Assembly (NCBI GenBank): GCA_951406725.2
Contig: OX597829.1
Span: forward strand, 17,794,001 to 17,858,000
Origin: Octopus vulgaris
Lineage: Eukaryota
Reading direction: 5' to 3'
DNA length: 64,000 bases
Part shown: positions 26,850 to 41,539 of the stretch, in pieces
Layout of the letters: every line of letters begins with the position of its first letter
Position numbering within the stretch: the stretch's first letter is position 1
Made by a program: the position numbers and the translations under genes
Notes under the pieces: generated by a model
What the model was told of the DNA's origin: nothing
The model's database searches: none
What the model saw: only the letters and a program-made list of their open reading frames with translations

Positions 26850-27170
26850 TAACCTCTATGACGGTACATACTTTTCTTGTCTGTCCCAAACAACAATATC
26901 TGGCCTGTTATGCTTACACTTGACAGATGTTTTGACGGGAATGTTCCACCAGTATTCCTTGTGCTGGCATTTCCGTATGCATTCAATAACATGGGTGTTC
27001 TCGATATTTATTCCAGGACGGTCTTTTTTCACAATGGCACTGTATATTATTTTTGCGACAACGTCATGTTGCACAGGAAAGTAGAACCTTGGTGAGATTT
27101 TGGGGAAGCTGCTAATCTCATGTGTGATATCTTCCACAGAAATATTACATAATCTACATTTAAAGTTGTA
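26850..27170 (-). mobile_element. REL-endonuclease LINE fragment (R4/Dong/NeSL-like)
   Basis: CRLC..EDITHEISS, QHDVVAKIIY, WWNIPVKTSVKCKHNRPDIVVWD; a related C-terminal piece YPRYTFSFMAIIIGA lies at ~27500-27560 (-). Confidence 0.75.
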
Positions 27171-28666
27171 TCTTGGAACTCAAAGAAAGTCACTGTCTCT
27201 TTTGTTGATTAGGTATTTAGTAGCAAACTCCTGTTCTTGAACTGCAAATACACAGCCTTCGAAGTGTGATGTAGCATATGTATGTATATCCTCCTTCTCT
27301 TTTTTAATTTATAGTAAATTTTGACCGGCCACCTAGATGGTAGCAAGATTGGTAAAGAAAGTATCTTCTTTTCACCATCGTCTTTTAATATTAAGAAGGA
27401 CCTTTTTATAATCCCAGATATCGTGATCATTTGTAAGCTATGAATTAAGGATTTGCGGTCTCTCCCGAAGAACACAAGACTTATTTTGCTCCAGACGAGT
27501 TGCTCCAATAATAATGGCCATGAAAGAAAATGTGTATCTAGGGTAGTAGATTTCAAACTCCTTATTGTTTGTGTGTACGTACGTACGTATGTATGTATGT
27601 ATGTATGTATGTATGTATGTATGTATGTATGTATGTATGTATGTATGTATGTATGTATGTATGTATTTATGTATGTTCGTCTGTATGTAAGTACGTATGC
27701 ACACATATACGTATATAAGCTTTTTTAAATTAGGGGATTACCTACTTTCTCAGGCTTCATTATAAATAATTAGAGGAAATGTATTTATCACAAATGTCTC
27801 AGGAAAATTAAATCTGAATTAACTTAAATGCTTCTGTTTAATTCGCAAATGTATATAGTTTAAATTAATATCTAATATCATCGACTAATGTATATAATAT
27901 AGCATGACATATATATTATGTTACTCACTGGCCATTTCTACTAATGAGCTTTAGGAAGAAGAGAGGTGGGGGAAACCCGAATGTGTGTTGGCGGTCCAAA
28001 TTGTTAATATTCAAGATTAAAGGGGATTACATTTAATGAAAGCTATAAGTTAAGTATATGTAAACATACTTAGTATATTTATGGAGCAAATTTTGACGCA
28101 AAGAAATCCCTTTTTAGCAAATAAGCTGGTAATGAGAAAGCAAACTACCGAGTAGTGATTTCATGTCTTGTTAAATCTCCTTTCAAATTTAATATGGCTC
28201 AAGTTGTGTTTTTATAGCGTTTATATAGAACCGTATAACATCAACCTGATGTTTACTCAATGAGAAAGATCCAAATTGCCCGTGCCCTTGTCCAGTTGCT
28301 GCTGCTGCTACTACTATTCTTCCTCCTGCTACTACTACTACTACTACTACTACTACAATGCAGCTGCTGTTGCGACTATTGCTACTACTGCTACTACTAC
28401 TATAAATGCTGCTGCTGTTGCTGTTGTTTTTGCTGAAGCCCAAATGCTGTGAGCAAACCTCTCATTCATATCTAGGGTTATATTACATTATTCCAATTAA
28501 TTTAACCCTTTATATTTCGTTTTGGGATTTGGTTTGCAAGATTTTTATGTGAGTTCGTGTGTTGAAGCATATTCTATTGTGTCTGGGGAGAGTCATTTTC
28601 TTTTTGTGCCTTATTATTTAACACACTCACCGGTAATATTTCCACTTTTTTCTTATTTTTACTTTC

Positions 28667-28703
28667 CTAAAATTTTCGTTGCGTCTTGCAACCTTTTCAA
28701 TAG
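28667..28703 (-). ncRNA. Minimal hammerhead with a U3:A8 core
   Basis: Reverse complement: cta-TTGAAAA-G-GTTGC(AAGAC)GCAAC-GAA-AATT-T-tag. Confidence 0.65.
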
Positions 28704-30696
28704 TTTTGACCTTTTATATTCTTAAAGCTATAGGCTGAGGTTCCGTATCTCTTTAAAATTGAGATATTGTATAGTGTTGAAGTGGAGGTGCTGACGTTGG
28801 TTGGTTGTCGTCGTGGTGCAGGGTGGGATGTGGATGAAACAAGTAACGAGTTAAGAGGTAAACTCGAGAACTCAGAATGCAATGGCCCGAAGCAAATGCC
28901 ACGCGGAATCTCGTCGACTCCCTAACAATTTCACCAATCTTTTGCTTTATCCTGGTACTTTGTTCTATTGACCACGAAATTATGAAAATCAAAGTTGGCT
29001 TTTGCGGTATTTGAACTCACAACGTACAGGGAGCTCTAACAAACATTGCAAACCGTTTTACCTTACGTCCTCACAACGCTGCCAAAACGAAAATTCTTGT
29101 TTTGTATGAAATTGTTGGTCTTCTATACATGTAAAAATGGCATGAATAACTATTGGGAATCATATGACCGAACTAACGTAAAGATTTAAAGCAAGAGATC
29201 TCATCCATTTTTTCTTTATATATGAACCTCTATAATTCTTTTTTTTTTTTACTCCGGTGGACCCTACTAACCGTTCAGTGTTTAAAAAATATTATTGTAT
29301 TTTTTTTATTAAATATTAATAGGAATTCTATTTTAAAAATTTTTTTTAATATTTGTATTGTAGAAGTATAAACAATTTATTGCTCGTAAATTTTAACAAA
29401 AAATCTTATATGAACCCCTAAGGGCCATATGAGCCCGTGATGAGAATCGGTTTTAAATTTGTTTTAACCGTGTGCTGTTCTTGTGTGGAGAAGCTGAAAT
29501 ATATTGTTGTTTGGTGTATGAAAGAATAGTGTTTTGGAGATCATTGCAAGAAATAGCGATATCAATGTCATGTCCCCTTTGAAGCAACTTTTGTTTTGTT
29601 TTTTTGTCTGTCTTTGTTGTAGCCTTCACTTCGTAACCTTCGCTTTGGAGTCGTAGTCACGTATATAAATGATACCACAAGCATCGCAAGCATTATGCAA
29701 CAGAAGTATTTGAGCAATCATTTGCACAGGTTCAAGAAGAAAGCAAAAAAAACTGATGTAACATATCTAGGTTACATGTGGGAGGGAAAGGTGGCATAAT
29801 GTACATTTATAACGTGTGTTGTTGTTTCAAGGAAGAGTTCCTCGTCCAGGTCTGAAAGTGCTGTGTTTGTACTATTCTTGAATTCTCCTTCCCGAAAAAT
29901 AAGGAGACACTTGGTGCTTACTCAAATAATCGATTCATTACATATTTTTATAAAATCCATAAACAAGCAACTTGTTTCGAAATTGTACCTATTTCCTTTA
30001 CCTAAAGATTTATTTTCTTATTCTGCTTTCTCATATTTCATCAAAATTTTACAGACATCCGTTTTTCATGGTTCCACCCAAAATATACCATCCGCTCCAG
30101 ACAAATAACCCTCATTCATTATTCCCCTATATAAAAAAAAAATTAACTGGAAAAAAAAACTGTTATGCAATAAGATTAAGAATTCTTTTCCACGGGTCAT
30201 GACTGAAAATGAACGTTCTATTAAACATTGCATTTGATTAATTCAGACTAAATGGCTTTCAATACTTAGACTTGGTTTTCTTTCTTTTTTATTTGTCCTA
30301 ATCCCCACCGGGTTGCCTTTCCTGCATCGTTCCTTTCCTACATAACGACAAACTAAGTACCACTTGCTGACTGAGCAGTCTTTTCTACTCTAGGCACAAA
30401 GCCCGAAATTTTTTTTGCGGGGGAAGGGACTAGTCGATTAGATTGACCCCAGTACGCAACTGGTACTGGGGTCGATAGTTATTTTATCGACCACAAAAAC
30501 AATGAAAGGCAAAGCCGACCACGGTGGAATTTGATCTCGGAACGTAGCGGCAGACGAAATGCCTATTTCTTTACTACACACAAGGGGCTAAGCACAGAGA
30601 AGACAAACAAGGACAGACAAACGAAGTAAGTCGATTATATCAACCCCAGTGCGTAACTGGTACTTATTTAATCAACCCCGAAAGGATGAAAGGCAA

Positions 30697-30774
<78 letters not shown>

Positions 30775-30999
30775 TGATGATGATGATGATAATAATAATA
30801 ATAATATGATGATGATGATGATGATAATGAGAGTGCGCTAGCCTTGACAGCATCTGGATGAGTTCTTCCCAGCACTATAACCGGGCAGAACAACTGAAAA
30901 ATAACTTTCAAAAAATGGAATATCTACAATCTCCTGTGAGTATTTTTAAAATCTCCCCTCAAAATTAGGCTAGAAACTTACATATCTACAATTTTCTCG

Positions 31000-31750
31000 C
31001 AGCAAAACGAAGCCATCTCACTTATTGTGAGCGAGTGTATCAAGCTGGCCCAAAAGCACTACAAAAGGAGGCATGATAACGTGGCTAAGTTTGTCCACTG
31101 GAGGTTATGTGAAAAGTACGACCTGGGCAGAGCCCAGAAACAGAGCATCGAGATACTGTAGGATTTTACAATCCAGTATGATTCCCTAATCGATGCTCGG
31201 AGACCAGATATCGTTGTGGTAAATAAAGGAAAAAAGGAAACCAATATTATAGTTATTACAATACCTTGGAGGCACAAGTAAGTGACAAAGAACTAGAAAA
31301 GAATGAAAAGTACAGACTACTAAAAGACTAAATTGTAAGAATGTTGACTATAAGGAGAGTGTCTGTCATTCAAGTGGTTGTAGGGGCGCTCAGAGCATTA
31401 ACAACATAGTTCGAGAAATATGTCAGAGAAATCAGAATTGACATGAGAGCAGAGCAAACCAACCCAAAAAACTGCTCAGTTGGGGACAGCTGGGATTTTG
31501 AGATTGGTGCTTGTACGTTGAATGTCTTCCACGATAATTAACAACTAAGTATTAAAGTTTATAATGTCTGGAAAGAGACCTGTAAGACTTCTGACAACAG
31601 GCTGCTGTCCGCTCTCACAGAATTTACCAAAGCAAACAAGATCGAGCGCTCAGAGAACTGGAGATGATCACTGGCTTACCATCCATGCAAGAAGTGCAAA
31701 AAATGTCCTAACTCGTACGTCTCGTATTGAGAGGAGAATTGTTGCTATGA
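31000..31750 (+). mobile_element. Degenerate R4/Dong-like LINE 3' fragments
   Basis: HLIVSECIKLAQKHYKRRHDNVAKFVHWRLCEKY, DFTIQYD..IDARRPDIVVVNK; many stops. Confidence 0.75.
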
Positions 31751-32005
31751 ATTTTCATTCCTCCCCATCCTTATTTTCTTTGTTTTCTTTTTTTCATTTT
31801 TTTTCTTTTTTGTCCTTCTCTCCTCTGACTTTCTTCCATTTTTTTCTATTACCTGAATTACCTGACTTTGTAAATGAACAATCTGGCGTATTTTTTATTA
31901 TGGCCTACCAATGTATACAGTGATTTTTTTCCCCTTTGGTGTTGTGGGAAGACACGCGACAAGAAATGGAAGCAAAATTAGATAATGGTGATAATGATGA
32001 TGATG

Positions 32006-32065
<60 letters not shown>

Positions 32066-32287
32066 GCTTAAAATTTTGGCACATGGTCAGAAATTTCAGA
32101 GAAGGGTGTATATCAATTACATCGACCCCAATTTTCAACTGGTATTTATTTTATCGACTTCGAAAGGATGAAAGACAAAGTCAACCATGGTGGAATTTGA
32201 ACACAAAATATGACGACGAAACGCCATTAAGCATTTAGCTTGACGAGCTAACGGTTCTGACAGTCCGCTGTATTTCATAAAGATGTA

Positions 32288-32704
32288 TATTTCTCTACTA
32301 TCCACAAGGGGCTAAACATAGAGGGGACAAACAAGGACAGGCAAACGGATTAAGTCGATTACATCGACCCCAGTGCTAAACTGGTACTTTATTTATCGAC
32401 CCCGAAAGGATGAAAGGCAAAGTCCACCCCGGCGGAATCTGAACTCAGAACGTAGTGGCAGACAAAATACCTATTTCTTTACTACCCACAAGGGGCTAAA
32501 CATAGAGGGGACAAACAAGGACAGACAAACGGATTAAGTTGATTACATCGACCCCAGTGCGTAACTGGTACTTAATTTATCGATCCCCGAAAGGATGAAA
32601 AGCAAAGTCGACCTCGGCGGAATTTGAACTCAGAACGTAGCATCAGACGAAATACCGCTAAGCATTTCGTCCGGCGCGCTAACGTTTCTGCCAGCTCAAA
32701 GCCT
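32288..32704 (-). mobile_element. tRNA-SINE family A dimer with a 15-bp TSD
   Basis: TTTCATAAAGATGTA at 32273-32287 and 32709-32723. Confidence 0.9.
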
Positions 32705-33373
32705 TGTTTTTCATAAAGATGTAATTAATATGCTGCACATCGGCTCATAGTAGAACGGTGGGCAACACAAATTGGAATGGAACAATGAATGAAAATGAAT
32801 ACTTGTATTTGATTATGAGCATGCGCGAGTGTTTGTGCGTGCGCACATATGTGTCAAATCTATAAAGAAATTGGGGTATATAAATTAAGAAAATGTGTTT
32901 TCGATACAAAAAGAAAAAAAAGAAAAAAATCTTTAGTCATTTCTTTGTTCGCTTCTAGGTTTTCACTACGCGTTATTTTCGGGCATATAAATGTTTGCAT
33001 GTGAAAATTACACGTGCGTCCCTTTCTGTGCATGCATGCGTGGGCGCGCGTGAGTGTGAAACTGGGTGTGTGTGCGTGCATGCGTGCGCTAAGTTGCGTA
33101 TGTGTCTGTGTACGTGCATGCATACGCGAGCGTGATTGTGTTTGTGTGTGTATGTGTGTGTGAGTAGGTGTGTGAAAAATCACGTATACGTATATTTATG
33201 TTTGAGTGTGCGTGTGTATGTGTGTGCGTGTGTATGTGTGTGCATGTGTGTGCATGTGTATGTGTGTGCGTGCGTGCATACGCGAGCGTGCTTGTGTTTC
33301 TCTGTGTGTGTGTGTGTGCGAATGAGAGTGGTGTGAGTAGATGTGTGAAAAATCACGTATACGTATATTTATA

Positions 33374-33449
<76 letters not shown>

Positions 33450-33451
33450 CG

Positions 33452-33483
<32 letters not shown>

Positions 33484-33820
33484 TGTGGGTGAGTGTACAA
33501 CAAACAGCATCTAATTACCCTATGATCCATACAGTAAGTTTCCGGTTTTTCATTTCAAGAAATTAAATCTTGCTCACACATAAAATCGCTTTACCGAACA
33601 CGTAACATATGTAATTTTTTAATTTTTTATTTTTATTTTAGAGAATCCACATAAAGCAGCTTCGAAGCAACAGCAAACTAGGGTCACAAAGGCAGTGGAT
33701 AAAATTTTACAATTATCTTAATTTTAATGTTATTAGGCCGGAGGAAAAGATAAATAAAATCTTAAGCACAAAACGGAATGGTCGATAATCATTTACACAC
33801 ACAGGAATTGTATCAACAAA

Positions 33821-34253
33821 GGTGGCGAGCTGGCAGAAACGTTAGCACGCCGGGCGAAATGCTTAGTGATATTTCGTCTGATGCTACGTTCTGAGTTCAA
33901 ATTCCGCCGAGGTCGACTTTGCCTTTCATCCTTTCGGGGTCGATAAATTAAGTACCAGTTAGGCACTGGCGTCTACGTAATCGACTTAATCCCTTTGTCT
34001 GTCCTTGTTTGTTCCCTCTATGTTTAGCCCCCTTGTGGGCAATAAAGAAATAAGAAACGTTAGCACGCCGGGCGAAATGTTTAGCGGTATTTCGTCTGCC
34101 GTTACATTCCGAGTTCAAATTCAGCTGAGGTCGGCTTTGCCTTTCATCCTTTCGGTGTCCATTAAATAACTACCAGTTACGCACTGGGCTCGATATAATC
34201 GACTTAATCCGTTTGTCTGTCCTTGTTTGTCCTCTTGTGGGTAGTAAAGAAAT
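33821..34253 (+). mobile_element. tRNA-SINE family A dimer with a 16-bp TSD
   Basis: AGGAATTGTATCAACA at 33803-33818 and 34254-34269. Confidence 0.9.
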
Positions 34254-35082
34254 AGGAATTGTATCAACATTCGAATTAATAAATATATACATATGTGTGT
34301 GTGTGTGTGTGTGTGTATGTGTGTGAGAGAGAATGAGAGAGAGCGTGTGTGTGTACGTCTTTTGCTCTGTACATGTTTCAGTCATTAGACTGCGGCCATG
34401 CTGAGTGAGCACCACGCAGTGAAACTGAACCGGAAAACGTGTGGTCGGGAAGCAAACTTAACTTTGTACCACACTGTCACGCCTGCATCTATATATATAC
34501 ATATAGATACATTTGTGTGCGAGTGTGCGCTTCTATCTATGTATGTATGTATGTATGTATGTATGTATGTATGTATGTATGTATGTATGTATGTATGTAT
34601 GTATGTATGTATGTATGTATGTATGTATGTATGTATGTATGTATGTATGTATGTATGTATGTATGTATGTATGTATGTATGTATGTATGTATGTATGTAT
34701 GTATGTATGTATAGCCGCAGGCGTGGCTGTGTGAAAAGAAGTTTGCTAATTCGGGGTTCAGTCCCACTGCGTAACACCTTGGGCAAGTGTCTTCTACTAT
34801 AGCCTGGAACCGACCAAGTCCTGCCTCGTGAGATGGAAACTCAAAGAAGCCCATCGTATGTATACATATATATATACATATATGTATATGATTAATCAAA
34901 AGTAAAAACGAAGAAAAAACGCAAGAAAAAAACAACTCGAGGACGTGGTACATGCACAGTATTAAAAGACGCTCAAGAAAGGAAGGAAAAATTTTTTCAA
35001 GGTAATGCTCCAGCATGACCGCAATCTGATGACTGAAACAAGTAAAAGATATGATAAAAGATGCATACGGTGTGTGTGCGTG

Positions 35083-35164
<82 letters not shown>

Positions 35165-35415
35165 CATATATATATAAATATATATATGCATATACATATA
35201 TATATATATATATACAAAAAATGAAGAACAAACAAACAACAACGCGAAGACACATGGCACATGTAAAGTATTAGTGGACGGTCAGGGAAGGAAAGAAATG
35301 TGGTTTAACGGTTCGAGAAAAGCTGTACATCAGAAACAGAAGAAAGTCCAATTGAAAAGGAAGACGGAGGGAAAAAAATTGCCACAATTCACATGTGGTT
35401 ACATATGTATGTATA

Positions 35416-35449
<34 letters not shown>

Positions 35450-36255
35450 GCACGCCGGGCGAAATGCGTTGCCGTATTTCGTCTGCCGTTACGTTGTGAG
35501 TTCAAATTCCGCCGAGGTGGACTTTGCCTTTCATCCTTTCGGGGTCGATAAATTAAGTACCAGTTAATCGACTTAATCCGTTTGTCCGTCCTTGCTTGCC
35601 CCCTCTATGTTTAGCCCCTTGTGGGTAATAAAGAAAAGGGTATGTATATATATACAGTTTGATTTCCGTGCTATTTCAGGTTTCGCAGAATCTGTCACCA
35701 GCTGAGGTGCTTTTGGAATAGCAGAATTAAGGAAGAGGTCCGTGCTGGTGATGATTATGAATATGACGACGACGACGACGACGACGACTTGCTTATGACG
35801 ATCACAGCAATGATTATTCACGTTCTAATCTGTCGAAACGTATTAAGAATGAATATACAAATTTTCATCGTTTTCATTCTCGGTGTTCACCATTTCACCA
35901 TGCATAAAGATTTATTATTACTTGACTCATATTAGTACGGGTCGCCAAATAGTCTTCTCACAGAAATTATAAATGAGACCATCGGCTTCTGTTGATTAAT
36001 TTGAACGTGTGCTTTTGGCTGAAGCAACATATGTCGGGTCAATGTTGTCCTTGAATGCCTTGTCTCATAATGGAGAAGCTGTTCTCCTGTAACACACACA
36101 CAACAGTGATTAGAATATTCATGTTCGAATCCGAAGAAGTGTATTAAGCATAATTATGCAAAGCATCATAAGAAATAAGATTCTTGAACATGTAGAGTGT
36201 AATGTTAGTGACACAGACAACTAGGATGGTTAACTGATATACTTTCAGTGCAAAA

Positions 36256-36486
36256 GGCGGCGAGCTGGCAGAAACGTTAGCACGCCGGGCGAAATGCTTA
36301 GCCGTATTTCGTCTGATGCTACGTTCTGAGTTCAAATTCCGCCGAGGTCGACTTTGCCTTTCATCCTTTCGGGGTCGATAAATTAAGTACCAGTTACACA
36401 CTGAGGGTCGATATAATCGACTTAATCCGTTTGTCTGTCCTTGTTTGTCCTCTCTGTGTTTAGCCCCTTGTGGGTAGTAAAGAAAA
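36256..36486 (+). mobile_element. tRNA-SINE family A, full length
   Basis: Complete head to tail; GATATACTTTCA duplicated on both sides. Confidence 0.9.
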
Positions 36487-37610
36487 AGATATACTTTCAT
36501 TGTGATTCTGCGTCACTTTATATTTCTAAATAAGTTGGGGTTTTTTCCTCTATGAAGCAGTATAATATATTAATTTTTCCATCGTATAATACTGATTACA
36601 GTATTTCTGTACAAAGCAACAATTCCAGTGTTCAACTGGTACTTATTCTCTGGACTCCGAACGGATGAAAGGCGAAATCGACCGCGGCATAATTCGAACA
36701 CAAAACATAAAAACGTGTGAAATGCTAGTAAGCATTTTACCTAGCGTGTTAACGATTCTGCCAGATCACTGCCTTAGCTACTTGTGTAATGAATATATAA
36801 TTTAATTGCAATGTAAATTTAATTACAATACAATACGTTAATGCAATACGTGTATGTGAACATCCATGCCGGTCTGAAGAGGATTTGAATAGTTGATATA
36901 ATTGAATTATAAGATTGATCAGTACCTCAAGAAGGGTCATTTTATCCCTCGCAGTCTTGAAGATACTGCTAAAAATAAATTATGCCTGCGCACTTCTGCT
37001 CTTAATAAGCTATTAAAATTAAAATTTGAAACCTAAGTGTAAAGAAATTGATTCTTCTGGTAGTGGACATCATCTGAAGCTGACCGAGATGTATTTCTCA
37101 ACGAGATATATTCTACAGAATATTCTTTGATTTCGCAATGCGTATATTGCTGGTATATTCTTCATCATCAGTGACGAGTGAAAGGGGATATTATTGGCCT
37201 TCACAGCAGCAGGTCTGAGCGTAAAATAGTAAAAACATTAAAAAAAAACGTATGTAAAAAAAAAATCATAAATAAATTATTAAGTATGTATTTTCAGTGT
37301 CTCGTGCGTCAGTCTCAGAAAGCATAGTGATGTTATATCTTATTTTATTGCGTCTCACTGTAGAGTTGTTTTGAAATCCGTTGACAGTCGTGAAGTAAAA
37401 CGTAAAATGAAAAATTATCGTTGACCGCAACCCAACCTCTCAATTTATGATGTTCATCGGAATTCTATCCGTATTTCCTCTTCCATCACCTTCTTTTGCC
37501 CTTCTCCCTCACTCACTCTGTCTTTCTCTCTCCCATCTTCTCTCCTATCGCTTCCTCTCACTTCTCTTTCTCTGAACTATACAGTTTTCATTTCTATTTT
37601 TTCTCCTAAA

Positions 37611-38180
37611 TATTGAGTTGTCCGGAAAGTTCGTACCGATTTTTAAAGGAAAGAAAAAGATTAATAAATACTTGCCATTACATTTTTAATCAACCAAATA
37701 TGAACCATTTTGTTGCACAATGCGTCTCCATCTTACCTCTAACTTGAAAATACCCTCTTCCCAGAACTGAAGTGGTTTCATGGCAAACAATTCATCAAGG
37801 TATCTTTTTACGTCATCCAAGGAATTGTAATTTTTACCATTAAGACTATTCTGCAGAGACGTGAATAAGTGGAAATCCGAAGGAGCAATATCTGGTGAAT
37901 ATGGAGGGTAGGGTAACATATCCCAGCCGAGCTGCAGCAATTTTTGTCTGGTTCCCAAAGCATCAAGTGCCGAAAATGAACTTTCATATCTTCCATTTTA
38001 AAGGGTTACAGACTTAACACAGGTTATAGGAACATAAACCTTCTTGCACGAAAAGATAGCTTAAACTGTGCTCTAAATGAAAGGGTAGTTAAATCCTACT
38101 TTATTGACTCAACCATGATCTAAAATAAGTCGAAACGTAAGCTACTATAAATCGGCACGAACTTTCCGGACAACCCAATA
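37611..38180 (-). mobile_element. Internally deleted mariner (Tc1/mariner) element
   Basis: 30-bp TIRs TTGRGTTGTCCGGAAAGTTCGTRCCGATTT with TA flanks; ORF 37686-37958 has LPYPPYSPDIAPSDFHLF (mariner YSPDLAP-D motif). Confidence 0.93.
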
Positions 38181-38210
38181 TAATTTTATCAACTTGTGTA
38201 AATATGTGTT

Positions 38211-38318
<108 letters not shown>

Positions 38319-38949
38319 CAGAAGGAAAGAAAGACAGAAAGAAAGAAAGAAAGGTAGGTAAATAAACACTCACGCACACAATCACACATATACATATATT
38401 CATTACATTATATGAGTGTGTATATGTACAGAGAAACACATACATATACAGAAAGAAAAAAGAAAGAAAGAAAGAAAGGAAAAGAATGACTGAGACGAAA
38501 AGACAAAGAGTTAGATATGCATATACATTTTCAACAAATACGTAATGCTTCGGGTCATTTGCTCCGTTTCTCAACTGGATATCATAATTACAGTTCACAC
38601 CATCTTACCACATTTACCATTCTATTCTACCCACCGGTGTACCTGGCTTTCAAGAAACATACCTGGGAATATCCGGTGTCCTTAAATTCGGAAGGCATTA
38701 TGGATTGTTTCTGCTTTTGTTTTTGTTATTTGGGGTTGTTTTTTTACGTACTCCATGTGTATGGGTGTCTGTCTTACGTAATATATTATCCTTTTCGTAA
38801 GCGCAATACAGGTTCCCAATTTTACAGGTTTAATATACACTAAGTCATGTACTGCCTATTCTCTACGTTTCTTACTTGACAATATAGTTCATATCACTTT
38901 TGTACTGTCTTTATATACATGCATACATACATATATATATATATACACA

Positions 38950-39159
38950 TTCAAAATGTGACCGCGCGTGTACCGTTGGTGATTTTTTTCCTCTGTCTTC
39001 CCTTCCTTGGATCTTTCCTTTCCCTATGTTTCCGACGAAGAGCTCCGCTCAAAACGTTAAATCCTCCTTTCTTTCCTTTCCTGAGCGTCCAATAACACTA
39101 TACTTGTTCCACGTCCTATCGTTGTTGTTTTCTCTTTGTGTTTTTATGTTTGGATTAAC

Positions 39160-39160
<1 letters not shown>
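38950..39160 (+). mobile_element. Short hammerhead-bearing repeat in a TA/TACA microsatellite; relatives at ~34890-34990 and ~35215-35400 (-)
   Basis: 39028-39061: ttt-CCGACGA-A-GAGC(TCC)GCTC-aAA-ACGT-T-aaa (G12A, probably inactive). Confidence 0.65.
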
Positions 39161-39191
<31 letters not shown>

Positions 39192-39826
39192 CATACATAC
39201 ATACATGCATGCATGAACGCATGCATATATAGATATGTACATATAAGCATACATACATACATGCATACATACATACGTACATACATAAATACGTATATAC
39301 ATACATGTATACATACATACATACATACATACATACATACTTACATACATGCATGCATATACATACATACACACGTGTGGAAATGTGTATTTGTGTGTGT
39401 ATTTCTATCTGTCTGTCTGTGCTTGTGCGTGCCTGTGACATATGTGTGTGTGTGTGTGGATATGTATGTGTTTGCCTGAGATCGAGAAAAGGCAGATTCT
39501 TTAAAGCAGCAGATAGCATTACAGTATTCCTATACCTGCATATGCATATATAGCCATAACACTCGCGCATGTGTGTGTGTGTCATTGAAGAAGGAGGAGG
39601 AGCAGGAGCAGGAGGAGAAGGAGGAGGAGGAGGAGGAGGAGGAGTAGAAGAAGAAGAAGAAGAAGAAGAAGAAGAAGAAGAAGAAGAAGAAGGACCTTTG
39701 ACACTGTTTTCAATGAAAACCTAATTACCCCAACCCTTCTCTTCCTAGTATCTGCCTTTGACGTCAAATCTACTTACGGTTTTTTTAAATACGTAATAAA
39801 GTCATCGTAATTGTTATAATGTCTTT

Positions 39827-39908
39827 CTTTCCTGATGAGAAGATTGCATTTTACACCGTTAATTCCTTTGGAATAAAACCACGTTGTCTTCGAAACATAT
39901 GTCGAAAG
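39827..39908 (+). ncRNA. Type I hammerhead ribozyme, fully canonical core, GUC site
   Basis: ctttc-CTGATGA-GAAGA...TCTTC-GAA-ACATATGT-C-gaaag; predicted cleavage after 39903. Confidence 0.88.
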
Positions 39909-40105
39909 TAAAAAAATTTTAATAACATCTTCGTTCAACTCCATTTATTTACTTATACTACACAAATTACTGCACATTAACCTGGAGTTTCTACCTTTGA
40001 ATAGGTCGCTTCACCCGTGTTATTTGCGTGAATTTTGCTACCCTGGTAACTGTTTTTTGAATTTTCCATGTTAACGGTAAACAAAGGATAATTCATTCAT
40101 CCATT

Positions 40106-40157
<52 letters not shown>

Positions 40158-40165
40158 TGTGTATG

Positions 40166-40216
<51 letters not shown>

Positions 40217-40381
40217 TACGGAGAGATGTACTTGCATAGCAAGTGATTTGATCTGAGATCGTGTGCTGAAACGAAAACAATTGCAGCGTGGAAGGTGTTT
40301 GTAAGCCATTTAAGAAACACACAAAAGCCGTTCGATTCACTTCAACATTCAAGTTTAGTTTGTCAAAATATTTTCGTCGGT

Positions 40382-40452
<71 letters not shown>

Positions 40453-41493
40453 ATATATTCTTCATAAATGGATAAAAGTGAATATAAAACCTAATAAACT
40501 GTAGACAAAGAAACAACGATTTCAATATTTAAATTCAAGGCAAATATTTTTTTTAATATAACAAATGACGAAAGATATATCAAATATAATCAGCAAAAGT
40601 CGCATGGAAAATAAACATAATGATATATTTAAAAAAATAACTTTTATAAATAAAGACTCAACCAAACTAATTTTTTTTTAAAATTAATAAAGAAAAATAT
40701 ATTTCAAATAAAATATATACGAATATAATTATTTTTAAACAAATTGTATAAATATATAAGTAACCTGTTTTTGTAAATAAATATTTTTAAAAAAATAGCA
40801 AAGGAATCAAATTAAGAAATAGTGTAAAAAAATTGGGAAAATAGGGGAAAAAATAATAAATAAATTCAAATAAAAATTTATATAAAGAAATAAGTAAAGT
40901 TTTTTAGCAGAAATGTTGAGATTTCTGATAAATTCTACGCCAGAGTAATTAGAATGATGGCTTGCAGGCATCAGTCAGACTCTCGTTGAGATCGCCAATT
41001 CCCATGAGTCCTGTTTGCTTAAGGAGCAGAACTTCTCACGCCGAGTTTTAAGATCTTTTCAATAATGATACACGGATGTGAAGAATTTGCAAGGGGAGAA
41101 AGAAAACATCGAGAAACAGTAACGACAACGTTGCAGATGTCCATCCAGTATTAAGGAATGGCGGTTAGCAAGACGAATTCTATAATTTATCTTTTACTTG
41201 TTTCAGTCATTTCACTGCGACCATGCTGGGGCACCGCCTTGAAGAAGTTTTAGTCCAAGGAATCGACCCCGGTACTTTTTTTTAAAGCATGACACTTATT
41301 ATATCGATGTCTTTTGCCGAACCGCTATCTATCAGCATTGGCAAACACACCAACACCGGTTGACAAGTGGTGGCAGGAGACAACCAGAGACACAAAAACA
41401 TATATATCTATATATAAATTCAACGGGTTTCTTTTAGTTTCCGTCTACCAAATCCCTCACAAGGCTTTGGTTGGCTGTAGCCTGTAGTATATT

Positions 41494-41539
<46 letters not shown>

